Shown here in pieces: positions 15,001-26,900 of a stretch of 64,000 nt of DNA. The DNA comes from Zygnema circumcarinatum SAG 698-1b (taxonomy: Eukaryota; Plantae; Zygnematophyceae). Numbering within the stretch: position 1 is the stretch's first letter; each line of letters starts with the position of its first letter. The translations under genes and the position numbers were made by a program. Below the pieces are notes generated by a model. That model was not told the DNA's origin and searched no databases. It worked only from the letters and a program-made list of their open reading frames with translations. The stretch spans positions 2,614,327-2,678,326 of the forward strand of contig CM074807.1 in NCBI GenBank assembly GCA_037447605.1, written 5' to 3'.

Positions 15001-18000
15001 CTGCCAATAGCAGCCAAACACAAAAATAAGTTGTCTTCAAATGAAGAGTAACTCCTTCAGATTTTGTACCTTTTAAAAAAAGGGCAGCTGTGAAAATTAC
15101 CTCTCTGTAGCTGCTCTGCTTCAAGAATTTTACCATCCTTCCAATGGCTTTCTCCGGAAGAATCCGACCAATCGCCACCATGATGCCCACCAGCACTTCT
15201 ATGCACGATGCCACATTTCCTGCGCAGGGGATGATGCCACTGGCCATGCCATCGCCTGTTGATTCAATGTCTGTTGCTAAGGTAGCAGAGCTACTTCCTC
15301 TTGCATCCAAGTCATTGTCGTAGATTCGACTAACTATCTTCCCTGTGACGTCCTCTTCCTCCCCTCCTTCAGGACCCAATTGAAGCCGAGACGATGTTGT
15401 TAGCGACTCCCTTTGCCATTTTGTCAATTTCTCCACTTCTTCGCACAGTCCTTGGAATCTGTCACATGCTAGAGCAAGCAACCTTTCCATAGCCAGTCCT
15501 ATCAAATTCAGCTGTTCTATCAAGGAGCCTTCCTTATCCAACCCCTGCTTCCAGGAGGTGAGAGCTCCAATGAGCCCTTGCACAGCTGCAAGGAGCTGTG
15601 TATTGAAAAGCTGTAGCACATCGCCACGACGCTGAGGCCGAGCGGCTTGCTTGTGCTGCCTACTTCCTCCTTTCAAAAACTCAGATGCAGCTCCTTGAGT
15701 TTGCACTGTGGTTGAACCTTCAACTGCAGAAGAGTCTCCATCCAGCAGAAAGGTGTTGAGGGCTTGCAGGAGTGCGACCAATTTCTTATAGACGCTTCCG
15801 TCAGGTCCCCAAGACAATGGTGTCGCCCTGCCATTCAACATCAGTCGAATAAAGTAGAAGAGGTCTAAGTTCGTCATGGAGTACAGTTGAAAACTTTCAC
15901 ATTGACGCTCGAGTTTTGCGCTGTTCATCAGCAGGATACCGCTCGGAAAGAAAATCCTGCTGAACAAGGGACTTATCAGATCATTATGTTCCGCTCACCT
16001 CTGGGAACTCATACATTGTATCTCACGCAGGCAATGTGCTGCGATGGTGCAAAGATTCAGCAATGGAGGCACTCCAAGCTGAGTGAACATTTTGCCCGCC
16101 CTTCCCATGGTCTCATCGAAAGTCGTTGCAGCTTTGTCAAGCAGCTCTCCTGTCAGTAATTTGGTCGTAGGCGCTCCCCTCGGATGCACTGAAAAATTGG
16201 AGACCTGCATTAAAATGCCAGCCCCTTCATAAGAGGATGCATGCATAGACAATGCTTGCTTGAACTGCAAATGCTCGCCCTGTTAAGAATGTCTCTGTAA
16301 GTTAGACGTGACCCTAAGGCCCAGGTTTGCTTGCGCTCTGCGTGTTTGCCTGCTCAACATGAGCCATGGAAGGCTGAATGTGCTCTCACTCTGCTCAATT
16401 CTACTTCACCGCAAGCGGCTAAGAAAACCTCCCCACGCTGAAGGGCCACCAACTCAGCCTCCACAGCTCGTCCCTCTTCGGAAAGCTGTTTTTCCAAGCA
16501 ACGGAAACCCAAGTGTCCAGTCAGCAACCATGAGTGCTGAGTGCGCACGAGTGCCAAACATGTCAAGGAGACAACGGGCCATCACACTATGCTTCTGTTC
16601 GGAATAGCTATGCCTTCAGTTGTAGTTACATTCTCCGGCTCACAATTCAACATAAAGCAACAGTAAGATCATGTCAAGGTCAGACGAGTTCTCACCTCTG
16701 CCCACCACTTGCAATCGTCGACTGCTCTCGACGTAATTGAACTGGGAGGACGGTTGTAAATGATTGCAACAACTGCAGTAGCAATGGTCTGGCAGGACTC
16801 ATGGGTCTGCAATAATGCGTTCAGTGAAACTGAAGCGTCAGGCTGAGCACTTGTGCTAACATGAAACAAACATTGAGCACTGCTAAATATGCAGGACTGA
16901 ATGCTTATCCTATACCTGACGAAATAATTCTACCTACTTTCATTTTGAGCAGATCCAGTCCTTGTGGCTCATCCTACATCATGTGACCAGTCAAGCATTC
17001 AAGTTGACTGTTTCTTGAAGGATTAAAGTGGAGCCATTACAGAAAAAAGCAACCCTAAGCACTCACTTGCCATTGTTGCAGACGCTTGCTATCAGGACCA
17101 AGATAATTTAAGCATGGGCATCCTTCAGCAAATGAGAGTTGAAGCTCGAGTGCTTACAGTGGGGGCATGAAGCATCCAGCGTAGTAAATGCTCACGAAGG
17201 GCTACGGTATCACCCTGCAATTTCCTTCCACGCCCCAAACAAAGTAAGATGGTCTCCCTGCCCTACGGAAACTTTAATTAAAGCAGCCTAATGAAGAGCG
17301 CTGCCTGAATCGATTCCTTCAAATGCTCGTGCAGATGCTCATACAAAAAGATCATGTGAGATGCTGGGGTTCAAACCTGCTCTTCACTCCTGGAGAGCGT
17401 ATCTGCCACAAAATTCACAGCATTTCTGCACATAGAACAAAAATTGCCGTGTCATGCCTTCTAGCCGCGTGTTAATCCCGACACACACCTCTCCCGAACT
17501 AAGGACTTTGAAAAATTTGAAAGGCAAAGGCCACGCGGACTCAGCTTACATGCTTGGTTGCTCTTTAAAAGCTCGCAAATCCCAAATCGAAGAAGTCGAC
17601 ACAGCAGCACCTACTGTTACTAGATCCTGCAGCTCAAGTACAAGTATACTCAATCAGTTTCCTAATCATCCACGTGCAAAAGGCAACTCCAAGTGGACTA
17701 GGTTACCAAGGGAATAACTCCGCATGAGCGCACCTTTGCCGCAATGAAGCCCAGTAGCCCAAGGATTTCATCAACCTACAAAGGAACGCGTCAATCAGTA
17801 CTTTAAGAAGCCATCAATCATCACCACAGAGAGGGGGAAAGCTAAAGGCATCGCTTGAGAAGATCAAAATAGGCCCAATGGAAAGAAGTCGTGTACCAAT
17901 GAAGGTGTACTGGCGTAAGCAGGGAGGAAATGCAGTAGAGTATTCATGACCTCGAGCCATATGTCCCCCAAGGGCTCCTTCTGCAAGTGAACTCTGAGAG

Positions 18001-21000
18001 CCTTACATCAGATTTGCTTGGAATAGCTGCTAAGCTGAAAAATGCCAAAACGCGGAAAGACTTTAACCTGGGGGGGGGGTCCTTTGGCTGCAAGCTCTGA
18101 GGGCCATATACGAGCCAATTCCTCCAAGCATCTGGCCAATCACCAACAATGGAACGAGAGCTTCCGGAGTTTAATCGATTTTTGGCATTTTACAAGTCTT
18201 TCAAGTGAAAAATCTTTATAACACATACATGGTCAAATCAATCTCCTTTTGCCAGCAGACAACACGAAATAATGTAGCTAGCAATAGGGCTTCAGAGACC
18301 TGATTTTCCACACGAGGACATCCCGACCGCGTGATGTCGTTCCTTCTGCAGCGCTTCTGAAACATAGAACAAACTTTTCGAGAAGTTACAGAAAGTAAAA
18401 ATACTTCGCTTGCTTCTTACCTTCACAATAGATTTCTCCAAGCTGCTCTTTGATTTGCTGTTTTAAAAGACAAGCAAACAGGATCGAGATTGACCAAATA
18501 TTTTGGTGGCTCAGGAAAGAGGAAGTTGAACCAGTTATGTATGGTTTTGAAAAATGTTAGGCATATTCACTCTGTATTCTTTCCTAATTCAAACAACAAC
18601 ACGCATGGCCGCTTTCCTGACGTTATTTATTTCAGCATTGCGATGTTAATTACATGCCTTTCCTATTTTTTTCTCAAGGCTCGAAACTGAACCCTAATGG
18701 GCCATTATCTAGCCCTTGGGAATATTCCCTCCATCACCAATGTCATTTTGGGATCCTTTCCTCCATAACTTGAATTAGGAGCATAATCAGCAGAGCCCTT
18801 CCCCCGCCTTTCTCCATCATTCATTTTGCATGGCAGCAAATGTGTGGCACAAATGCAAATGCTGAACGTTGAAACCAATCACAAACAAGGCATGCTGCAC
18901 ATTGATCATAAAGACCCACACTTTAAATCAAAAAAAAAAAAAAAAGGCCAACAAGCAAGTACCTGGAAAGGCTCGAAGACATGGTTTGCAGACAATGTAA
19001 CAGGAAGGCGTCAGGCAGCGTAGTGTGATAGTGCCGCAGAAGAAGACAAACCGCTGCAGGCCTGTGCAGACCATCAAATCCAAGTACAGAGCATCCGTTC
19101 CTTACACAGTTATGAGCAGATAGTCCACCGAATCGAACTCATGCAGTTGCAGCAACGTGTTAAACCCGACAAGCTGTTGTCACTCTGATGCAGTGTTAAG
19201 AAGCACACAGATGGACAAAGAACTCACCACAGGCCCTGACAAGCTTCCACGTTTTGGCAAGCCAAGGTTAACACGGACTCATGCTTGCGCCTCTTTGCGG
19301 GCCTTTCATCACTCTCCTTTGCTCCAAAGACACCCTGCAATCTCCAGACTCATAAAGAAGGGGGGCTTGTCTGCAACTGATTAATTTCATGACATACATT
19401 AAACCACTTCGAAAGTACGTGTCATCTGCAAGGACAGGTCATTTATCTCACGAAAAGCCCATATGAATTTATCGGCCACAGGCAAGAATTTGATGCAGGG
19501 GTTACCGCACCTCTGCTTTGGCAGCCTCGGCCAGCACGAGAGCAGCTAATTCTGCTAGTTGCCGGGGAGCACGAGCGCTACCTTCATCTCTGCAACGAAT
19601 GGAAAAGGAGGCCAACTTACAAGACAGCTCTGAATTCACGGCCCAAGATGAGGCCTCTTGTTTCTTGTGATTTGGCGACATCCTGACAAATGCAGGAGGG
19701 AACAGGAATTCTGATGACGAGAAGTTGGGTATGATTCAGATTGCCACAACTGGCCCAGAAAGGTTGGAATATAGAACCTACCGAAGAAGCGAGCTGCCCA
19801 ATGCCGAGGGAGGGCCGGCCTGGTCGAGTTCGCGCCTAACCAAGGCGAGCAGCTCATTCAGTGCCCCCCCTTCAGCCACCTCCTGAACACCTCTCAGCCG
19901 CAGTTGCAGCCATGCATACAAAACCAGACCTTCCTGCAGAGACCATCCCTCAGGAAATTCAGTCGACAGGTCATTAAACTACTTGAGCACCTAAAGCAAA
20001 GGAGAGAGCATGCGCAGAACTTAAACTACAAGGTCAAAGATGAAGAAGTCGAACACGCTGCTACATATGTAAAGCCTTTAGTTGCTGAGTATACAATGGA
20101 CACTGGCAACTCTCAAAAAGGCTGAGCTGCACCATTCAAGAGATTGTGGCTGCTACTTGAAATGGCTTGGCTGAATTATGCGCAAGATGAAGCAGCAGGT
20201 GAAAGAAAGCAAATTCTGGCAACGTGTCGCAGCAAACTTAAATCTGATAAGAACATCTTTCCAGGAAGAATAGGTAGGAGCAGGCAACAGTTTCAGTCAG
20301 GGAACAATGAAGGCTGGATAAGTGTCTGGCCTTGAGGTCACGGTCACGTGTGGTGAACCACGTACGCGCCATGAAGGCCCTAACACTGCTGTGCAGAGTT
20401 CCAAGTCTTAAGTCCAAATTAAGGCCATCATGAATGAGAAATGCATTAAGGGCAGCAAGCAGCTTGCGTGCGAGTCGCCCTTCATCCCTGCATGTTCGGT
20501 AAAACACATTACATCCAAACCAGGAATGAGTGTTCAAATATATGTCTCATACACCAAGTTAGAAATCCAGGTTCCATATGTCAAAAAGCGAGGCCATTGC
20601 AGAGCCTACGCCTGACGAAACATCCACAAACTATCAACTACACTCGACTGCTGGCTAGAGAACCCCCCATAGCACATCTTTTGGTGTCAGGGTATCACAT
20701 ACAGCACCTTAGATTAGTAAACATTTGGCAAAAGCTCTGTAACAAATCCTCTCGAAGAGTTTCTGGAAGATCCCCTGGTCGGTTCTGCAGTAGCATAAGC
20801 AGGTTGACTGCATTCCGAAAAGCTTCTTCGCCCCGCAAATCCTCCGGCTTCCCTTGTACGACCTGCATCTCTAGTCTTTGCAGATGCAGGTGCACAAGAT
20901 CTGCCCACAAGTCACAAAAGCATATATTTGCGGCTTCAGGGACATCATGAGCATTGATTCCGTATTCCAACCCCAAGAGAGTCTCCGTGTCCTAGACCCA

Positions 21001-23126
21001 AATCAGACATGAGATTGAACATTCCATGCTATGTCCAAAAAGATGTAAAGTTTCCACTCGATCCCTATACCATTAAGGTCCTGAGGTTGTCCGGCCACAC
21101 TCACCTCTGTAGATCATTATGCCCATTCGAATACGATATTCCATGACTGGCAACAGTATTCGCAACAGTGAACTGTACTCTGAAGCGAATGAGGGTGTCG
21201 CCTCCATTACATCTAGAATGTGCTGAAACAATGCCTTAACTTTCCTCCTGAGGAATAGGGGCTGACTGAGGCCTGCATAAACAAGCTACCTGTTCTGTCA
21301 ATCAATCACCGCCATCAAGAGCAGCTATCAGCACAGCCTATCCGCACAGCCAGGCTTTGCAGCCTTGGCCGTCTGTGGAACCAGTTAGCTTGGAAAGGTC
21401 CTATATTCACACCTTTATTCCCCTCCTCTGCCTTTTGCACAAAGAGGCGAAGGGTCTTGGCCAACATGAGTCGAGGAGGGCGGCGTCTGCTGGCAGCTAT
21501 GTCCAGTCGAATAGACGAGCAGAGGGCGCTCAAGAGACCAGGCCAAGACACAGCTGGAAGATAAACAAGAAAGGATGCTCAGATAGGCCAGTTCTCAACC
21601 ACATCATCAGAGGGATAAAAGAAAGAGGAGGACAAATGCCTCGATGAGCTCATGTCTCACTCTTGCATCCATTGTTATCCAGTAAAGGAGATTGCTTCCC
21701 CAGATCGATGACACACGTTCTGGAAATGAAAAAAACGAATTCTTCGCTGCTGTCTTCACAATGGACTCGTGCATGCCGTGAAGAGCAACATCCAATGAGA
21801 TGATTACGTTTCCAATCATCACCAACGTTGCAGTATTGCACTTCTCGCCATCCACACTTCGCCACTTTTTCTAATCAAACTTCAAAATTCTCTTGACATC
21901 CGTCATCCAATCAATTTGAATTATTGTTTTCTCTTCCACAATCAAAGTGGCTAATCAATCACCTTCACTACTTTTGCGTTGGATTTTGACTTGTTCATAG
22001 GAGGTTTTCAAGGTCAGAATGCAGCAATGCTCAGTTCACCTTTTCATACTAACCAAAATTTGTATGTGTTCTAGCTGTGCTCCTTATGGCCTTCTGAGAA
22101 ACTTGACAGCATTTTCTTTCCTGTCGGTAAATGTTATCAAAAGTTCTACCAGTCGGGAGAAGGTTCGATCGTTACCTTTCTAGACATCTTTCGTTAATAA
22201 AATTTGCAGGCAAAAGTCAAATGTACCTAAGTTTTTGTCGTGAACCATTCCCGATTCAACGTTCAGTTTTGTTGAGGATGGGAGGCTTTCCTTTGACGGA
22301 TAGGGTACGGCAATCTGAGCTCTATGAGAGGTTACCAGTTTTTACATTTTTCAAGGTGCCAGTTTAAAGCGTGTGTGTAAAGATTCAGACTGTCTCACGC
22401 AAGTTCGCTGGAGCTTTTTGTCCAGAAGAAAAAATCAAGCGTGGCATTTTGGTCATGCATTAGCAACAGTTGTCACTTCTGCTCCGATGCACTTGTCACT
22501 TTACAATAACTTCTTGATAGCAGCGATTACTTCTGGCATCCGAATTAGACCATCGTAACGGAGATGCTTATTCGAAGCAAGCCAGCCTCTGTAGTGACTT
22601 TGGGTGGCTGTTGCCTGAAGCTCTCAGGGACATTCTGCACTTACTGGAAATGTGGTCCTCCTCTCGAATTTCAGCTGTCTGTTCATCCAGAAACTGCTGA
22701 AATCTTGCACCACTTTCAGCAGTGAGGTAACTGAAAAGAACTTTTTGACCTTCCTGCAAAGGATGCGAAAAATCCAACGGTGCGAGGCTGAGCATATTAT
22801 TTGTGAGGTTGTACGTTTCACCATTGATTTTTGCAGCACTGATTCGAACCTGCTGCTTTTCTTGAATTTATAAATTCCTTTCACTTTCATCGAACTGTTG
22901 AGTTTAAAGGAATTTTGTGGCTGCAGACAGCTGTTCCGATTCTTCCACGTTCTGTCGAGCTTTAAACATGAGCATTTTTTTCGTGTAAAAGTGCTACGAT
23001 TCCACGGCGCGACATTCTTGCAGCTCAATTCTATGTGTCCCGATTATCAAGCCTCACCTCCCGCAGCTTCGCTTTCTCAGAAACGAGCTTCTCACTTAAC
23101 TCCTCCAACTCCACCAAAGTCACCAT
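1..23126 (-). CDS. ATM: Serine/threonine kinase ATM (PIKK family). Many exons; the 3' end (kinase/FATC domains) lies beyond the left edge of the window.
   Basis: Exon 1 (23126-23058) spliced to exon 2 (from 22753) gives MVTLVELEELSEKLVSEKAKLRE|EGQKVLFSYLTAESGARFQQFLDEQTA, matching the plant ATM N-terminus as I recall it (MVTSRDVHEIVSKLSSDKAKTREDGVKLL). ATM-typical blocks follow: LYVEHWCEEKFGCLTLGDPDFS (~5870-5940), AYSKINEPDGIYG...HEGRWD (FAT, ~5420-5700), LVIKMANEHPYHTL (~1150-1200), FVVDPEKKEAA (~950-985) and VMNGI at 2-16, the entry into the kinase region. Introns checked are GT-AG; the internal exon structure was not fully resolved. Confidence 0.95.
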
Positions 23127-24093
23127 CGTTTCCAGTCACTATTTACATGTGATCAAGCAATAATCCCTCCCCTCTCATCAATACACACGCTTGCAAGCGC
23201 TCCTACCCTCCCCTTCCCCCATCTGGAAGCCCTCCCTCCTTCCCTCGACCCACACGACTACAGCTCAACTCCGCTCAGCTCAGCTCGACTCAGCTCCGTT
23301 GTTCACTGCCAAAAGCGCCTCCGTCCGTCCGTACGCAAAGTGAGCTGACGCGTCCGTACCTTACTGTACGACGCCGTACAGATCCAGACTTTTTGTTTCC
23401 AAACCAAACTAAATTTGTAATTTTCTGCCTGTGCGTTTATTAAAGCTCGGGAAGCTCTTTTTTTCCCCGCCCTCCGCCGCCCTTTCCTTTCCCGCGCGCG
23501 GCCTCCGCCCCGCTCCCTCTCTCCCTCTCTCTCCCCCTCCGAGCGAGTTGCAAACCGAACCCGCCCTCCCGCCGGTTTCAAACCCGCGTGGGGCCGCCCG
23601 CCCGCCCGCCAGCCCGTACGGAGTGACGTGGCCGCCGCTCGGCCCTGCTGTCGCGCGTGCGATCCGTCTCCGCAAATGAGAAGGCGCCACGTGGCGGCCT
23701 GCCCCTTCAATCCTGCAGAGCCGTTGCGGGGGGGCAGCCCTGCAGGAGGGGGGAAAGCGCAGGGCCTGCTTGGAAGAAGCGCTGCAATTAGGGCTGGGAT
23801 TAGGGCGGGGATTAGGGGTGGGATTAGGGTTAGGTTTGCAGGAAAGCGGGGAGAGAGGAGGGCGTATGGAAGCGGACGAGTAGCAGCAGGACTAGGGTGA
23901 AGGGTCGGGATTTGGAGTGGTTTTGCGCTGTTGGGATTTGGTGCAGGCTGATGAGATTATTGTCATGTAGAAGGGGATGAAGACTATTATTTGTCTTTTC
24001 AGTTGAAGTTCTTAGCTGTGAAGCATTTCAACTCACTCGTTCCATCTTGGCATCGCTCACGCTTGAGATCGTTTTGTCGGCAGTTTTCTCTCG
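23127..24093. promoter_or_regulatory. Divergent (head-to-head) ATM / NF-YB promoter and 5' UTR region
   Basis: GC-rich stretch between two divergent start codons. It contains a 12-bp palindromic G-box CGCCACGTGGCG (23685-23696), a GACGTGGC ABRE-like motif (~23625), a CGTAC cluster (~23326-23378) and ATTAGGG repeats (23787-23837). A probable NF-YB 5' UTR intron acceptor lies at ~24082. Confidence 0.6.
23787..23837 (+). repeat. Four 12-bp units ATTAGGGNNGGG, telomere/telo-box-like and G-quadruplex prone
   Basis: Direct reading: attagggctggg attagggcgggg attaggggtggg attagggttagg ttt. Confidence 0.8.
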
Positions 24094-25686
24094 ATGGCCG
24101 ACGAGCAGCCTGGCAGTCCGGACTCTCAGCCAGATGAATATGACGGAGAGGGAGGACAGGGCGGGCAAGTCAGGGAGCAAGACCGTTTTTTGCCTATCGC
24201 AAACATCAGCAGGATAATGAAGAAGGCTCTTCCGGGCAATGCAAAAATTGCCAAGGATGCAAAGGAGACTGTGCAGGAATGCGTTTCAGAGTTTATCAGT
24301 TTTATTACGAGCGAGTATCCACTCCTATTCATTTTTTTTCTTTCTCTTCCTTTGCTCCTTTTGTTCTGGTGGTTTCTTACATCCATTTGAAAGCTGCGGA
24401 AGAGTCAGGCGATTCGGAACTGTGACCGTTATTTAGTATGTCGGTTAAAATGCATGTTAGGTTTCTCAGCCACCACTCCTAAGGCCAGTATGTCCTGACA
24501 GTTTCAACCAGAGCCAGCGATAAATGCCAACGGGAGAAGCGAAAGACGATTAACGGAGATGACTTGCTCTGGGCGATGAGCACTTTAGGTTTTGAAGATT
24601 ATGTGGAGCCATTGAAAGTGTACCTTCACAAATATAGGGAGGTATGTGATGTCCTCGAGTGGATTGATTTTGGGCAGGGGCTTTTATCAACCCTAGGAAC
24701 CACTTTGGACAAAGCCTCTTTGTATGTCCTTGCCTAATGCTGCTTCCGTGTCCGTAAACTCATTCATGTCGTTGAAACTTGGGTCATGCTGTAGCTAAAC
24801 AGCGAGCTTTAAGATAAACCGTTGGCTGCTGTCTGAGTAAGTCAGTTTTCAGGCGCTCCTTCCAGCATTTGTTGGTGAGTAGGATAACGGTGCTTTCATT
24901 CCCTCTCTTAGGTCAAGTACCGTCTGGTGCGATTTGTATCCAAATACTGACTTCTGTGGTTGTTTCTCGAACACATCACTTATGGACGACGGCAAACAGA
25001 CTGAGGTGCGCTCAAATCCTTTCATTCTGAAACGGCTTCTTTCCGGGTTTGTGTTTTGTAAAGTATCACGAGGGTTATGTGGCTGAGCATGTCCTGGCCT
25101 CAATGTAATGAATATCCAGGTTACTTGATGTTCAAGTAGCAAACGATCGACACGGAAGACTAGCAGCTGAGGGTTAGTTGGGCATGTTGTATCCTTCAGG
25201 GGGAGAAGGCTTCACTGGCCAAGCAAGGGGGGGATCCTTCTAAGAAGGACGGACCTTCTGCTAGCATGGGTTCCTCTGGACAGGTAATGTGCTGATTCAA
25301 TTGTTAACTGCAACGCTCGATGCCAAAACTCCCTTTTTTAGAGAAGTTTTTGCTTATGCGTGTTTCAAGATGGAATAGCTTATCATGGCTCGGTGTTGCT
25401 GCAGATGAATCAGAATGCTGGATACGGTAGCAACATGGGACAGTACATGCAGCAGCAGGTATGTTGGTCTTTTTTTTGTCCTTTTTTAATGCGAACCAAT
25501 TGACAATTGTTTCGCATTGTCTGCGTTATTATTTCGCAAATAGCAAAAAGCAAATAATGTGACTTTTTCAGCTGATGTCAAGTTTTGCTACGTTTAGTTT
25601 TTTTTGCTGGAATTTCTGTTTACTGTGGTCGTTCAGTTGTGAAGGCTGATTGTATGGTGGTATTCCTGCAGCATCCGAGTTGGTGA
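24094..25686 (+). CDS. NF-YB: Nuclear factor Y subunit B (HAP3/CBF-A histone-fold), 5 exons: 24094-24314, 24512-24641, 25200-25283, 25405-25458, 25672-25686
   Basis: Spliced protein contains [49 protein letters not shown]|[43 protein letters not shown], the NF-YB core. Exon phases are consistent. The last three exons are less certain. Confidence 0.95.
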
Positions 25687-26900
25687 CAGGGACAACAGCT
25701 TTCAATTGCTGTCAAGGCGCCATTTTTGGTCTGCGCCTCACTTGCTGCACTCGCAGCAAAGCTAGCTTGTCTTTTAACTTTCTTCTGCCTTCAATAATGT
25801 TTTAATTCGATGCTGCTGTTTAGCCATTTCCATTTTGCATCCTCTTGTACTGCTTTTGTCTTTAGGAAGGCTGATGGGCGGGCATGTGTCTCGTGACTTC
25901 GCTGGAACTTCTCATTGAATTTATAGCAGACCACGGAAATCTGATGCAAGTGGCACCTGGTCTTTGCTCCTTATCTTTGAATGCATTCAGAAGGTGCACG
26001 GGTGATGGGCTGTTCGCAGATGGGCGACAGACCAACGTAGGAACAACAATAGCGTGTCACGCCTCTTCTTTGAGGAAGAAACGATTGTGCTTTCAACGAT
26101 AGGACCACCATGAAGTAGCCATCTAATAAGTAGTCAGGTTCTCTCGTTTTTGCCATGCTCACCCCCTTTTTCTGGTGTATTTGGAGCTTTTTTTTTAAAG
26201 AAAGCCGTAGGGTTAATCTCCGACCTTAGTCGTAGCTTTCCTAAGGTTGTGGAAAGATGCCTTTCCTTAACTGCTAGTGAGGATATAAATTCATCAGCTA
26301 AACTTTGCCTTTTCAGTTGCCTTAGGTTCAAAGTTGGCTCAAGTGTGAAGTAGGGGTTGGCACATCGATTTGACCGGTGACGCGCTCTCTGCCAGCCAGG
26401 AAGTCAGCCTATACTATGTACAGATTGTGAGAGACAATCAAACCTATAGACGAGGTGCTAGATTTAAGTATTTGGTGGCTTCAAAGACCATCGTCGTATG
26501 TGGCAGTCTGGGTCTGGATGTTTTTACTGATGTTTTTACTGAACATGGCAGATGGACTTCGGCTGGCCTCTAGGTTTTGTCTTTCGAGTGGTGTTGATGT
26601 GTGCGTTTAGGGTTTGGAGGCGATTGGAAGTCAGAGTTCCTTGCTGATTGCACCTGTTTGCAAGGAAGCTCATACTTAAAGCCACAGCAAGCTTTCGGTG
26701 TGAGCCAACCAGGCTACAGTCTGAGAGTCCAACCCACAGAGAAGAAGAAGGAAGACTCAGAATTGGAGCATTGAGTGGGACGACCAACAGGGGAAGGAGA
26801 CACCTCTAAGGAGACAGCCCATTTCGATAGAGAGCCAATAGAGAAACAGTTGGTTGGGCAGCATGCTCCGCTCAAAACGAAGTCGAAATATGTGCCGAGA

